DNA of 64,000 nt, from positions 36,208,001 through 36,272,000 of the forward strand of contig OZ024746.1 in the NCBI GenBank assembly GCA_964016885.1, in the 5' to 3' direction. How positions within the stretch are numbered: the first letter of the stretch is position 1; every line of letters starts with the position of its first letter. The notes under the pieces are model-generated. The model saw nothing but the letters and a program-made list of their open reading frames with translations, made no database searches and was not told the DNA's origin. Shown piece by piece: positions 1 to 13,485 of this stretch. This DNA comes from Eledone cirrhosa. Taxonomy: Eukaryota. Both the position numbers and the translations under genes were made by a program.

Positions 1-227
1 TATGTCAGTATGTGTGTTTTTATATCTGTTTTTTACATACTTGTGTGTGTATGGGTGAATGTATGTGTATATGTATGTATGTATATATATATATATATGT
101 GTGTGTGTATGTATGTATGTATATATATAGTCGTGTGATTATATATACATGTGCCGATATATATATATATGTGCTTCGTGTGTATGTATGCGCGCCTCTG
201 TATTATGTATGTGCTTTTGTCTGTACG

Positions 228-310
<83 letters not shown>

Positions 311-970
311 CTATATATATATATAAATATATTCATATATATATGTGTGTACGTACGATCCTATGTTTGTTTTCTTTTTTTCTAGTGTTAATTTATAATT
401 GTTAACCCCTCCCACTTACTTTCTCTTTGATTAAAAGATGTTTTTCATTCTCATATATTGTTTCATTTTTATACATGTATCGAGCCTGAGTGACACTCCT
501 TTTTTTTATATGCGTGCTTTCATACTTGTATGTGTATATATGTCATTCCTTAATACCTGAATCTGGATGTATGTTAACTATATTATCTTACAATTTCTTT
601 TTCAACTTATATTATATACGTATTTGTGGTCACACATACACTGATATACTTGCCCTCATATATGTATATACGCACACATACTCACTATACACATGCATTT
701 GTACATACACATATATGTACATTTGTGAGTGAATATACACACATTTATACACATACCCTAACTGTATTTCCTTATTTTCTTTATATATCTCTTGCATTAC
801 TTTTATTTATATATTTTTTTGCCCTTTAAACTTTTGACTTTTTGAGGAGATTTTTCAAATATTTCACTATGTTTTAAATTGTCTTGTCCGATGAACGAAT
901 GAGGTCGTTTTTTGTATTCGTCTTATTCGGGAAACCTCTGGTCATGAGGTAATTATATTGTATTGTTTAT

Positions 971-972
<2 letters not shown>
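1..972 (+). mobile_element. PLE pseudo-LTR/3' UTR (family A), cut by window start, ending in (TA)n
   Basis: Reverse complement of 59112-60070 and similar to 61620-61990, which follow a GIY-YIG endonuclease fragment; carries an HHR-like motif near its end. Confidence 0.75.
884..955 (+). ncRNA. Hammerhead ribozyme-like motif (variant core CCGATGA)
   Basis: CCGATGA 888-894, stem II cgaatgagg/tcttattcg, GAAA 931-934, stem III cctc/gagg, GTA site; stem I is weak. Confidence 0.5.
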
Positions 973-1040
<68 letters not shown>

Positions 1041-1049
1041 TGTGTGTAT

Positions 1050-1087
<38 letters not shown>

Positions 1088-1136
1088 GTTTGTATGTCTG
1101 ATGTCTGCCTGCCTGCGTGCTTGTGATTTGTGGGTG

Positions 1137-1208
<72 letters not shown>

Positions 1209-1852
1209 ATATATCAACACTGGCTAGAACTGGTCATTCCGTATAGTCAACCTTGTTATAATATTAGGGATAGCATTCGACGTAATGCAACTCACGCGTC
1301 CTCGTTCGTGTTGTTGGTGGTGCGAATATGGAGTTAATTATTATAAGATAACAGGAGGCTGGACTGGTGTAATTCCTTGAAGGTTTATTATACTATGAAC
1401 ATTTCAATGACCGCGTTCAGTATGAATCCGATGACATTATCAGGTATTCCGAAATTTATCCAACAAAGGTATATAATAGACACAATTCAAGGGACTGAAA
1501 AACAGAGCGAGATATCTAAGACGAGAAGGCGGCCAAACATTGCAGTTGCTAGTCCGGGTTGCTGCCCTCAAGTGAGGAATCTACTTAGTCTTGTCTTGTC
1601 GGTCTGGTCAGGGGCCGTAGGTTTATAGTGTATAGTACTACTACCACCCCGTTATGGACAGATGCGAGCGGTGAGATCAGCTTACATACAAGTTAGTCAG
1701 TAGTGCTAATATGTACTAAGGAATATAATTTTTAAAAATACATATATAGTGGACGACTTTACAGTAGGTTCTTTAATGTAGTGTCAGACACAGCTTGTTG
1801 CATTCTTTTTAATTTCACAAATAAATGATAATTGGAATATGTACATGTGTAC

Positions 1853-1904
<52 letters not shown>

Positions 1905-1907
<3 letters not shown>

Positions 1908-2222
1908 TTGCAAATAAATAAATAAATAAAAATGGCGTGAACAATACGCGGCAATAGGAGGGAACATGATAATAGTATCACTGATGATGTTGCAGATGTG
2001 CAACGAAAGAACTTTGTTAGACTATATATATATATATATTTATATCTGTATCTTTAACTGAAGATCAGTCAATGATAAACATTGACTGCCAGATAAATTA
2101 ACTATGGAGATATAAACGATGCAGAAGCGAAAACCAACCAAACAGTGAGTGTGTTGTGTTATTATTTCTGGCAATATTATTACAACAATATATCCCTCCA
2201 CAAGTATAACAAAATATATATA
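1905..2222 (+). mobile_element. PLE pLTR fragment (family B) with HHR
   Basis: Matches 8630-8940; CTGATGA 1981-1987, stem II gttgca/tgcaac, GAAA 2005-2008; (TA)n on both sides. Confidence 0.75.
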
Positions 2223-2263
2223 TATATAATTAGTTAACAAAGAGATAGTGTGTGTATCACATA

Positions 2264-2321
2264 CATATTACATATGTTTCACTGTCGGTCACCTCTGGAA
2301 CGAATGCTCTCATCAGATATG
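2264..2321 (-). ncRNA. Hammerhead motif (family C), stem II damaged
   Basis: Minus strand: catat-CTGATGA...GAAA-catatg-TA-atatg; palindromic stem III, 5-bp stem I. Confidence 0.6.
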
Positions 2322-2409
2322 TGTTTTCACATGTAGACTGACGTCCAGGTGTTGCTGACTTGTTAGACACTCGGTTTATTATTTAGGGATGACACAAACC
2401 TATACATTA

Positions 2410-2469
<60 letters not shown>

Positions 2470-2529
2470 TTTTGCAACCAACCACGGTGTGGCTCAATGA
2501 CGAATTAATTAATTAAATAATCAACAATC

Positions 2530-3052
2530 AGAGCAATATATAAGAAAGTAAGTCCATAGAATCATTTGATAAAATATATACAGTATTTCTCCTCCCAATC
2601 AACATGATCAACCATATAAAAAATCAATTAAACGAGGCTATAAGTTTAAAATGTACCGATGAAGAAACAATAGATATGATGATTTTGAAACTGGTTGATT
2701 TATCCTTGATCGGATATTTCAAAGAAGCGAATGAAATATCCGGAGGTAGAAACATGATTTTGGTATGTTTATGTATGTTTCTTCTAACTTTGATGTTATA
2801 CCTAATTGTGTATGGTTAACTATATGTCTAGTCAATTTTTACGAGCTATTAGAAATACTGGGTAAATCTTCTGTGGCTGTGGATCGCGGATAAAATAGCT
2901 ATCATTTATTTATCTATTGTTTCTTCATAGGTACATTTTAAACTTATAACCTCGTTTAATTGATTTTTTATGTGGTTGATTATGCTTGTTGGGAGAAGAA
3001 ATAATGTATATATTTTATCAAATGATTCTATGGACATACTTTCTTATATATA
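2530..3052. repeat. Inverted repeat (~145-bp arms) of a dispersed pLTR-like family
   Basis: 2530-2676 is the reverse complement of 2911-3050; related copies at 46125-46390 and 51330-51630. Confidence 0.75.
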
Positions 3053-5209
3053 AATATATATATGTATATATATATATATATATATATAACAATTTTTACC
3101 AGGAGACTCGATGGATACAGCGTACCCATATGTAGGCCTATGTTCAAGAAGGAAACTCCTAATATTTAATTACCTGCATTGTTTTAGAATATATAAGAAT
3201 ATACATCTAGAAAAGACAATGAACAATGCATTGTAAAATTTGAAATTTGAAAATTTAGTGTGCAACATACACACATATATTTTAATAATTATGTGAAGAA
3301 ATTTATATATGAGAAAAGATGGCCTTTTCTCTCACATATTCTCTACGTGCTGCATGCCTTCAATTAGGCGCTGGTTTTCTGAAATGATAATTACTTCTCA
3401 TAATTCTTGGTTCATAATAAATTAATTGTTAATATTAAAACTTTTCTATGCTTTGATCTTAGATCTATCTTTGTTCCAGTGAGGTTCGAATCAAATTAAT
3501 ATTGCCTGGACAATTATTTGATTAGAAATGAACTGTTTTACGGTTCTCTGCAGACGCTTTCATCCTTTTCTGAATGTGGAAGCCATTCATTTTGAAAGAA
3601 CTGAGTATACTTCAAGAATTTATTTCAGTAAGTTTTGGAGATCAAAATCTTGTTTGACGTCAATTGTAGTCATTTGTGTGCTGACCTACTGAAAGTGATT
3701 AAAGGCCCTTAATAGAAACGTGTATAGCAGTTTAACCTTTTGGTGTTCTACACATTTGCCAATGTTTCCTGTTCTTGTACATATATAGGGACAGGGAGTA
3801 GCACTACATTTTGTACATCCTAAAAAGTGCATTGGTATGACGAAACCATTCGCTTTCACTGATGCCATGTCATGGATATGTAAAACAGCGGTGCCCTTCC
3901 CGCTTCTCGTAAAACTAATACTGATTTCTTCTAAGGGAAGCTATATAGTAAGAGGTATAAAACAAATTGACTACAGTACTGGATCATTATTTTATTCATC
4001 GACGGTAAAGCACGAGAAGCATCTTTAGCATCCATGGAATTTAAATGTAGATTCAAGGCAGGAAAATAGAGGAGATAATTCTACTTGACAAACTAAAACA
4101 TTACAATTTCCCGCTTAATTAAACTAAACATGTTGAATATTATTTGACCTAAACGTTCTAAAGAATGTTAGGCTTTAATATTTTACTATGGGTATGAATA
4201 TTATCTATCGGAGTTTTAGTGTCACAGAAAGATAGTTCTTTAGGAAGTGTTCATATGAAGAGGATTACATAACTGAACGCTGTTTCTTGTCACATTATGT
4301 GTTTTATTAGAATACGTAGTCATGTTTGTGTTTGAAAGCAAGTATTAATCGGTCCAGTAATTATTAATCGATCAATTATTAAAATGTCCTCCCAGCTAAT
4401 GTTTTATAGATTTATATACGTATATGAAATACATCCAATATTCTGTGATTTTCTTAAACTGAATTATTATTGTATATGATTTTATCGAGTTTAATATAGA
4501 AAGTAGACATAATACATATAGTAATGAGCAAACATAAGTCTTCCATTACCTCTAAATGATAAGCATAGATTTTGATATAAGGATATGTCAATATCAGCAG
4601 GTATTAATACAGGTAACTCTGTCCATTACGACAATATGTCATAGATTACTACATGTTTGCTGTTCTTGATTGTGCATTGGTGCTGATTTCTCGTTATATT
4701 TACTATGCACTTCAAACACAGTTTTATATATTGTTTATGTGCACTATTGTGAATGTGTTTCCTATTATATGAAACTGTTAGTATTGACCTGTCTAATGCA
4801 AATTCAATCCGCCTAACATATCTAATAATTGATAATGTATTGAGATTATCTTACCTACAAAAGTATTGAACGTATCGCCTTCTACATTCATCATGCATTT
4901 CTAACAGGCTGCCAGTATTTATTCATCACCATAGAGAAAAAAGCTGAAACAATCCATATGGAGAAGATGCATGGAGCATTATATTATATAATAGTGTAAG
5001 CGTCAACTTGGACATATCAGTTTCTCTCATGGAAAGAAATTAAAAGGGAAAAAAAAAAGAAAACAATTGCTATCATCGAACATACTATTTACTGAGGCAA
5101 AACTAGTTTCCGCCGGGCATGATATTAAGGTAAAACAAAAGTATTTGAATATTTTAAATATCACGGCTGATTAAGGAATTTTTACTGTATTTGACACATA
5201 TATTGACCA

Positions 5210-6109
5210 ATGAAGAATAGAGAAAGAATATTGCCATTGGTGGATGGTATGCTTGTTTTATTGGTGTTGTTCTTCGTTATTGGTTCATTTACTAATGTTC
5301 GGTGTTTCATCAATAATTTCAAAGTGAAGAATCCCAAATCCAAACTAATGCCCTATGTGATGACATTGAATATTATGGATACATTGGCCATGTTTGCTAA
5401 TATGCTATATCTATTTTATTGGTGTTCCATAGGGGAATACTTTCGATTTAATCTGACAAGTTGTCAAGTCTTGATTTTTATATGGACCGTTTCGGGATCA
5501 AGTTCTATTTGGATGACAACAGCTATTGCATTTGAAAGACTTCTGTGCGTGTTCTTTCCATTGCAATACAGAAGAATATACACCACACAAATATCTGTGA
5601 CCACAATTATAATTATCATTAATGTTAACGTTGTTCTCAGCATTATAGCATGTTTAGATGCAACACGTAATAATTTTTTTTGTAACCAAAAGACATATGA
5701 AGTAGATGTTCTAATTAAAGTATCATATTCGGTTATTCCAGATATTTTAATGATTTTATGTGACATATGTATTGTCTATAAACTAACACGTAAAAGATTC
5801 GGCGTCAGTCAACGTGACAAAAGACGAACACATAACTCCTCCATATACCTTGTCATCGCAAGTAGTATTACAGCGATGGCGGTATCTTTTCCGTATATTC
5901 CCCATTTATTTAAAGGAAAGCAGATTGACGACACATACACTATTGGTTTTGTCATAGGGATATTCTTTACCTTTCATCATCATTTTGCAAATGTGTTCAT
6001 TTACAGAGGAATGTATTCTAAGAGTAAAATATGTGTTGGAAATCTACTGACCGATGCCAACATTAAACAAATATGCTCCAGAAGTAATCTTGCTATATCG
6101 GGTATGTGA
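5210..6109 (+). CDS. Class A (rhodopsin-like) orphan GPCR, intronless CDS, possible chemoreceptor
   Basis: 299 aa, 7 hydrophobic segments; TM1 GSFTN, TM2 LNIMD, TM3 C...SIWMTTAIAFERLLCVFFPL, TM5 IP, TM7 HFANVFIY. Confidence 0.9.
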   Translation: MKNRERILPLVDGMLVLLVLFFVIGSFTNVRCFINNFKVKNPKSKLMPYVMTLNIMDTLAMFANMLYLFYWCSIGEYFRFNLTSCQVLIFIWTVSGSSSIWMTTAIAFERLLCVFFPLQYRRIYTTQISVTTIIIIINVNVVLSIIACLDATRNNFFCNQKTYEVDVLIKVSYSVIPDILMILCDICIVYKLTRKRFGVSQRDKRRTHNSSIYLVIASSITAMAVSFPYIPHLFKGKQIDDTYTIGFVIGIFFTFHHHFANVFIYRGMYSKSKICVGNLLTDANIKQICSRSNLAISGM

Positions 6110-6459
6110 GAAACCCACTTATACGATATAAATTAATATCCAAGATGATGATATACATTTGTGAAAATAATACAAAATGGTAAGGTTTTACATATCAAAT
6201 CAAATATATATGACACATTTTAGGAGCAACCTTAATAATTACAACTATAAACACATCATGAAATGTTGCTGTACATACTATATACTTTTATTTAAATATG
6301 CATGACTTTTTTATTCATCCATCTATCTATCTAGCTGCGCATGATGTTAAAGGCATGTCATCTATTGGGCAAACTTTATTTGCACATGCCCCAAATTCGT
6401 AATTAGAATTTACCACATACGCACACACATGTACACTCAAACACATAAAATTATATATA

Positions 6460-6496
<37 letters not shown>

Positions 6497-7823
6497 GCGT
6501 GTGTGTGTGTGTGTGTGTGCATATTATTGTTTACGGGTTATGCTCTTAATCCGTTGTCGATTGGAGTCCCATATCATGTCTTCGACTGCTGAAACGAGTA
6601 AACATCCAGCCCATAATGTATATAATGACATATTATGTGGGCGAGCCTAGGCATAAACAATTATATTTTTAAACGCAAGCATTCTTACTTCATGTCCATC
6701 TATATATCGGTCTCTTATAGTCCAATAAGTAAATATACTAACTCTTGTTATTATTTGTTCATCAGATAGCAGTCATTTCTTTGGTCTTTTCTCTTAAACA
6801 TCAACTTCAATTGTTGTTGCTGTCTCACACCAAATATTATTTAACAGGATTACATATTGCATTATTACAGTGACAGCCATGCAGACTTTCCACAAAGTCA
6901 AATATTGAAGGAAATAATTTCAAACCATAAGCCACTTCTTAAAGATACTACAGAGTGCTTTGAAGCTGTCTATACTAACATATATTACCTGAGGTCTATA
7001 ACACCAAAGAAAGAACAATAAAATAGCCCAATACAAGTTAACACGATATAACAACAGGTTACAGTTAACAGGGTAAACATGTAAGAATTGGGACTTCATT
7101 TACGTGCTAAATGATATTATATAATCAAAACGGGTGGTAACACACCGATAATCACTGAAGATGTCACAGAAAATTGTTCCATGGGCAAACATTATATGTT
7201 TATTTATATTTTTGTCATTATATTTTTAACATTAATTTTCAGATGAATTATTTATAGAAATAGAAAATTGTACTGAAGTGAAAACCAAACCGAAGAGTGA
7301 GTGTGATTTACTATTTTTGGCAATATTAGTATAACAAGACCCTGCGAAAATATAACGGTATTGTTGCTGCAGTTGTCCTTTTAGTACTGATTATTGTTTA
7401 TGATGTTTTTATATGTAGGATAACTGTTGTTGTAGTTATCCTACATGTCATTCTTTTCGTTTGTTTATTATGGAAAATGTAGTTTTTGAGGTGCTTTTTT
7501 ACTCATACATTTAATAAATGTAAATGAAATTTTCTGTTATCAATAAAGCTGTCAATAAATATATTTAATCATACGAATCGTACATTTAAAATTGTTTCAA
7601 ATAAAGGGCATGTAGCTTTACACATAACGCCGTAGTTAGGAAAGTGGTTTTAATATTAAGAGGTGTATGGACAAGAGTATTATACTATCGTATCCGGTTT
7701 ACAATATCGTGTGCACGTAAATTAATAGACAAAACCTACAAGAACATGGTGTCGTATGTATGTTCACCTGTGCGTCGGTGTGTGTGTAGGTGTATGTGTG
7801 CCGATGTCTATTAGAAATGAGAG

Positions 7824-7863
<40 letters not shown>

Positions 7864-7907
7864 CATATTTGTTTGGCGAGGTTTTTGAGATCAAATTGTG
7901 TGTCGAA

Positions 7908-8940
7908 ACAAATATTGTTATACTTGGGGAGGGTCATATTTTTGAAATAATATTGCCAAAATTAATAACAGAACACGCTAACTGCTTGGTTGGTTTTCGC
8001 TTCTGTGTCTTTTTCAGTTAATTCATTCGGTTTACCATTGACTGACCAACGGTCAGAAATACAGATGTATATAGATATAAACACACACATATATATAGTC
8101 TAACACATTTCTTTCGTTGCACATCGGCAACATCGTCAGTGGTGGTATTATGTTCTCCTGGATAGGCGAGACCGCTCGTAGCATAGGTGAAAGGATAGAC
8201 CAACATTGGGGGGAACTAAAAGGACGTAAAAACGGTTCAGTACTATACGAACACGTCAGACAACAACATGAAGGTAACATAGGCAACATAGAAATTAAAA
8301 TAATATCTAAACATAGAAATGACCCAGCAGGTAGGCAAATCAGAGAGGCCAGTGAAATAGAACTTAGAAGGGCAAAGCTAAACAGAAAAAAATGAATGGA
8401 ATAACAACATCACCTATACAAACAATACTGACTTGAGAGAAATATAAATAAATAGATAAATAAATACATGAATACATATATACACAAGCACAATAACAAC
8501 AAACACATATAAGCACACACTTGTAAACTAAAATAGAATACTATAACCAAAACACAGTCACCAGAATGCGAACACACATCAAACACTATACACACACGCA
8601 ATCGCATGCGCAGAGAAGAAGACAAAAATAAGTAAATAAATAAATAAACAGATTGAAAAAAGATAGCGTAGATATACAATACAACAGGAGGAAAATAATA
8701 GCACCACTGATGATGTTGCAGCTGTGTAACGAAATAACTTTGTTAGACTATATATATGTTTTATATCTATATTATATCTGTATATTTGACCGTTGGTCAG
8801 TCAATGATAAACATTGAGGACCGAATGAATTAACTGATATAAAAGATACAGAAGCGAAAACCAACCAAACAGTGAGTGTGTTTTGTTATTAATTCTGGCA
8901 ATATTATTACAACAATATGACCCTCCCCAAGTATAACAAT
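7908..8940 (+). mobile_element. 5'-truncated PLE (family B): inverted pLTR + GIY-YIG C-terminus + pLTR
   Basis: 7908-8150 is the inverted copy of 8700-8940; 8150-8410 encodes IGETARSIGERIDQH...LYEH...RQIREASEI; HHR cores at 8707-8740 (+) and ~8105-8140 (-). Confidence 0.85.
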
Positions 8941-8962
8941 ATATATACATACATATATATAT

Positions 8963-9024
<62 letters not shown>

Positions 9025-9025
<1 letters not shown>

Positions 9026-10345
9026 TGTGAAGGAGTATTTAATTTGTTGAAAGTCCGACAAATATAAATGTTTATAACTGATTTAGAGCACTCAACAGTT
9101 TACTGGAGTAAATATTCAATGATATTAAATAAATGGAAACTATATTTATAAAACCATATTTATTTTATTAGATATATTTCAAGGGTACCAAGACACATTG
9201 GTACGCTTTCACCAGATAAAATACAAAGTTTGTTTTATAAATAGAGACATACCCTTATCGTTTGGATATTCACCGGATAGCGGAAATACCAAACTTATGT
9301 GTGAATATGCAAATGAATATGTAAATAATTGAAAAAAACCGTTTATTTAAACGACTATGGTGATAGAAAGAGAAGAGACAAGACGAGAAGGATAAAATAG
9401 TGGGAGAGAGTGATTTAGAGTGATTTAGAGCACTCAACAGTTTACTGGAGTAAATATTCAATGATATTAAATAAATGGAAACTATATTTATAAAACCATA
9501 TTTATTTTATTATATATATTTCAAGGGTACCAAGACACATTGGTACGCTTTCACCAGATACAATACAAATGTTGTTTTATAAATACAGACATACCCATGA
9601 AAATCATACCTTATCGTTTGGATATTCACTAGATAGCGGAAATACCTTTGGGATTTACCAATCTTATGTGTGAATATGCAAATGAATATGTAAATAATTG
9701 AAAAACAACCGTTTATTTAAATGACTATGGAGAGAGAAAGAGAAGAGATAAGACGAGAAGGATAAAATAGTGGGAGAGAGTGGAAGAAGAAAGAAAGAAG
9801 AGAAGATGAATAAAAACTCATATAACGTTAATTTGAGGGAAATATATTTTAAGTATATATCTTAATAGTACGTGTATTTACGATTATTAGTTGTTTAAAA
9901 TTTGTTTATAATATAATATTTTTCTTTTGTTAAAAGTAGATAAATGAATAAATAAATAGTTAAATAAATAAATAAATAAATGGGCATATCATGTTATAGA
10001 TAATTGTTCTAATGAGTTATGAGGGATATTGGTTTTGTATTTAATGTAAATAAATATTAAGTTAAATTAAATTAAATTAACTGAGTTAATAAGAATATAT
10101 ATATTTATATGATTTAAAATGGGAAGATTAAACAAACTTTATATTTTATCTGATGAAAGCGTATCAATGTGTCTTGGTACCCTTGAAATATATATAAAAC
10201 AATAAATATGGTTTTATAAATATTGTTTCCATTTATTTAATATCATTGAATATTTACCCCAGTAAACTGTTGAGTGCTCTAAATCAGTTATAAACATTTA
10301 TATTTGTCGGACTTCCAACAAATTAAATATCCCTTCTACTTATAA
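9025..10345. mobile_element. Naiad-type PLE pLTRs (family D): partly duplicated inverted copies plus sense copy upstream of ORF
   Basis: 9025-9270 and 9420-9620 are direct repeats, both inverted relative to 10140-10345. Confidence 0.8.
10145..10199 (+). ncRNA. Hammerhead ribozyme (family D)
   Basis: CTGATGA 10150-10156, stem II aagcgtatca/tggtaccctt, GAAA 10185-10188, palindromic ATATAT stem III; inverted copies ~9172-9220 and ~9512-9560. Confidence 0.7.
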
Positions 10346-10394
10346 ATATTTCCTTTAATGCTGAGCACTTTAAATTATAACTGATTGCTAAATA

Positions 10395-12030
10395 ATGGAA
10401 TTCTTTAGGATTTCTTCTTCTCTAAATGATGTACATTTACCTAAGAATAAGAACTATCTTAAACAACTCATTGAGAAATCTGTATCCGAAGACTTAGATG
10501 GCATGCCTTCCATTTTGATAGAAAATCACATGAAAAAACAAATAAATCCAGTTACAACTTCGATATGATCGTCAAATCCAAGAAAAATCCACCTAACAAC
10601 AAACTATTAATGGAATTGGAAAATGAAATAATATCGATTATACAAAACATCAAATTTAAGACAAACCAATTTGTAGGCCAGGAATACCTTAAAGGCCTCA
10701 GGAATAATATAGACAATCTTGAAAAAATTGAGAAGATCCTCGTAAAATCTGACAAAACTAACAATGCAAAAGACAAAACTAACAATGCAAAAGGACTAAT
10801 ACAATAACCTTATATTGAAAGAATTAAGAAAAACTACAACATAACAACTAATGAAGATCTTGAAATGGTTAATAGGGAAGCTTCTGAATTAATTCATAAA
10901 TTAGGCATCGAAAATAGGACCGAAACCTTTATACATAGAATACCGAAAATTAACCTGAAAGACCACACAAAGAACTTTGAAATAGAACTACCAGTCAGAC
11001 TTACAACACCATCTAAATCAGACTTAGGCATAGTTAGTAAACATATATTAGATAGAATCATAACGCAACTTACAGAAATATCCTACCTAAAACTATGGAA
11101 CGGTACTAACGAAGTTATACATTGGTTCAATAACATAAAATTTAAACCTAATAAAAAATTCATTCAAATGGATGTTGCAAACTACTACTCCTCTATTACT
11201 CCTAGTTTACTTATAAAAGCTCTTATCTATGCATCTAAACATACAGATTTATCTAGCGAAGAAATGCATATCATTTTAACTACACGGAAAACTTTAATTG
11301 AATTCAATAATCATCTCTTGACAAGAGCAGATAGAAAAAATAATTTTGATATCACCATGGGATCATCTGACTCGGTGCAAATAACGGATCTTTATTAATA
11401 ATACACATCATAGAAAAATACCAGAGATGACCGGTGGTTTATATCGTGATGATATGCTGCTTTTAATTGAAAATCATAGTAATTGTGAAATTAATAGGAA
11501 AAGAAAATCCATAATACAATTCTTCAATAGCTAAAACCTTAAGTTAGAAATTGAGAATAACTATAAAAGTATTAACTTTTTAGACGTAACATTAAACCTT
11601 AACACAGGAATCTACTATGTATTCCATAAAATTAATGAGAATCTAAACTATGTAAGTGTTAACTCTAATCATCCTAGATCTATCAAGAACACTATTGTCA
11701 ATTCTGTCCAACAACGGATTTCATGCATCTCCGCTAATAAAAACATTTTTGACGATAAGGCAGAATATTATAATGAAGCTTTAAATAGAGCAGGGTATAT
11801 AAATAAGATTAAAGATATATAGACAGTAATAAGGCAAATAACCGTACTATTAATTGTAACAATAATTAAAAAATTAACTTAAACTTTAAAACTAACAGAA
11901 AAACTAGAACTAGAAATATTATTTGGTACTCACCCCCATTTTCATTAAGCGTAAAAATACCTTTAGCAAAGCTATTCTTTAAAGCACTAGACAAATGTTT
12001 TCCTAAAGCCAACAAATACAACTCAATATT
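10395..12030 (+). pseudogene. Naiad-type PLE reverse transcriptase, frameshifted, endonuclease missing
   Basis: MEFFRISSS...YLKQLIEK, VKSDKTNN, PVRLTTPSKSDLG, FIQMDVANYYSSI, FDITMGSSDS, GGLYRDD, INFLDVTLNL, IIWYSPPFS. Confidence 0.85.
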
Positions 12031-12034
12031 TATG

Positions 12035-12480
12035 TTTGAATTTCTTTTTACTTGAAAAAAGGGGCTCACGAAGGCTTTTTTCAAGTAAAAAGAAATTCAA
12101 ACAACCTGTGACAATCCCCCCCTTTTTATTTGAAGAACTATTGTAACGCGAACTGGCGCGAAATTTATTATAATTATTGACAAATCAATAAAATTACTTC
12201 TCGAAAAACTTGGCATTTCGAGCAACTTTTTCCATATAAAACAAGTAACATTCAGAGACCAACCAGATGTGAGAAAAACCACAGACCCTCCATCTCAACT
12301 CACCTTTTGAAAAGCAGGAGAACTGCAAAACAGGTGAAGGAACCAAATAAATATATATATTTTAAAAAAAAGTAAGACTCCAGTTGCATTTTCGATTTCA
12401 TCTCTTTTTCTTTATACTTTCACTCATGTAGTACACCGCGGTTATTTTTCATTTTGTAAAAAAAACCTCACTTACTAATA
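12035..12480 (+). mobile_element. PLE pLTR (family E) with short 5' hairpin inversion and degenerate HHR
   Basis: Hairpin 12035-12100; body matches 46460-46830 (inverted) and 50700-50915; HHR remnant 12303-12340. Confidence 0.75.
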
Positions 12481-12485
12481 TATAA

Positions 12486-12540
<55 letters not shown>

Positions 12541-12544
<4 letters not shown>

Positions 12545-12912
12545 CTTTTCGTTTCTGAATTTGTTTAGCAAGATTCTTTATCTGAAAACGTGTGTTGCAA
12601 AAGATTGTCTGACGAAAGAACTTTGACAATATATGAACAACCGTCCAGTTGTGGAACCAGCCAACCAACCGTAATGGTTGCATTCTTTAAAGGGTATGTC
12701 AATATGTAATTATAAAACTGGTCTATATTATATTTTATCTGATAAAAGCACACGATAATTTAACATGGTGTCCTTGAAATTTGTATAATGAAATAAATAT
12801 GGTTTTATAAATATAGTTTCCATATCGTATCTTGACTCCAATTATTTACTGAGTGCTTTATATCAGTTATTAAAATATTTGCTTGTTGTATCCCAAAAAT
12901 TTAAATAGAAAT
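12541..12912 (+). mobile_element. Diverged family D pLTR end
   Basis: aaataaatatggttttataaatatagtttcca...gagtgcttt block shared with 10200-10300 and 35375-35490; HHR-like CTGATAA...GAAA at 12738-12780. Confidence 0.65.
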
Positions 12913-12939
12913 GTTACATATGTATATATTATATATATT

Positions 12940-12997
<58 letters not shown>

Positions 12998-13002
12998 AAT
13001 AT

Positions 13003-13093
<91 letters not shown>

Positions 13094-13164
13094 GCTATAA
13101 GCAGAGTAGGATTGACAGAGAAATGAACTCTCTTCCCTGAATGAACATATATGTGAAAATAAAA

Positions 13165-13271
13165 TGTTCTTCCCCTTTTAATTTCATTTTCTTAATAATA
13201 TTATTATTATTATTTTTACTTTGTGTAAACCCTTTTGGTTAATAAAGAAAGAAACTGTTATTATTATTATT
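13165..13271 (+). mobile_element. 3' end remnant of a Tx1-like LINE with AATAAA and (ATT)n tail
   Basis: ccctttt-ggttaataaagaaa...ttattattatt resembles the 3' ends at 18835-18870 and 26530-26575. Confidence 0.5.
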
Positions 13272-13485
13272 GAATGCTATGTTTGACGGAGGCTCGGGTC
13301 TGTAAGGTATTGTACATTTTGACCGCTATAACAATTGTAAATTGTTTAAAACTTTAACCAAATTGTAGACAAAAACACCCTCCTCCTCGTGAGAGGGGAC
13401 TTTCTGCCCGTTATTTGGCCTTTCAGGGTTAAATAACCGCTTATTGGGGTTTTGTGCCCAATATTTATTTTAAACAAAAAAAAAC

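Noticed and set aside
12-405. [12 protein letters not shown] ORFs here and throughout the window
   Set aside because: Translations of (TA)n, (TG)n and (TC)n microsatellites, which lack stop codons.
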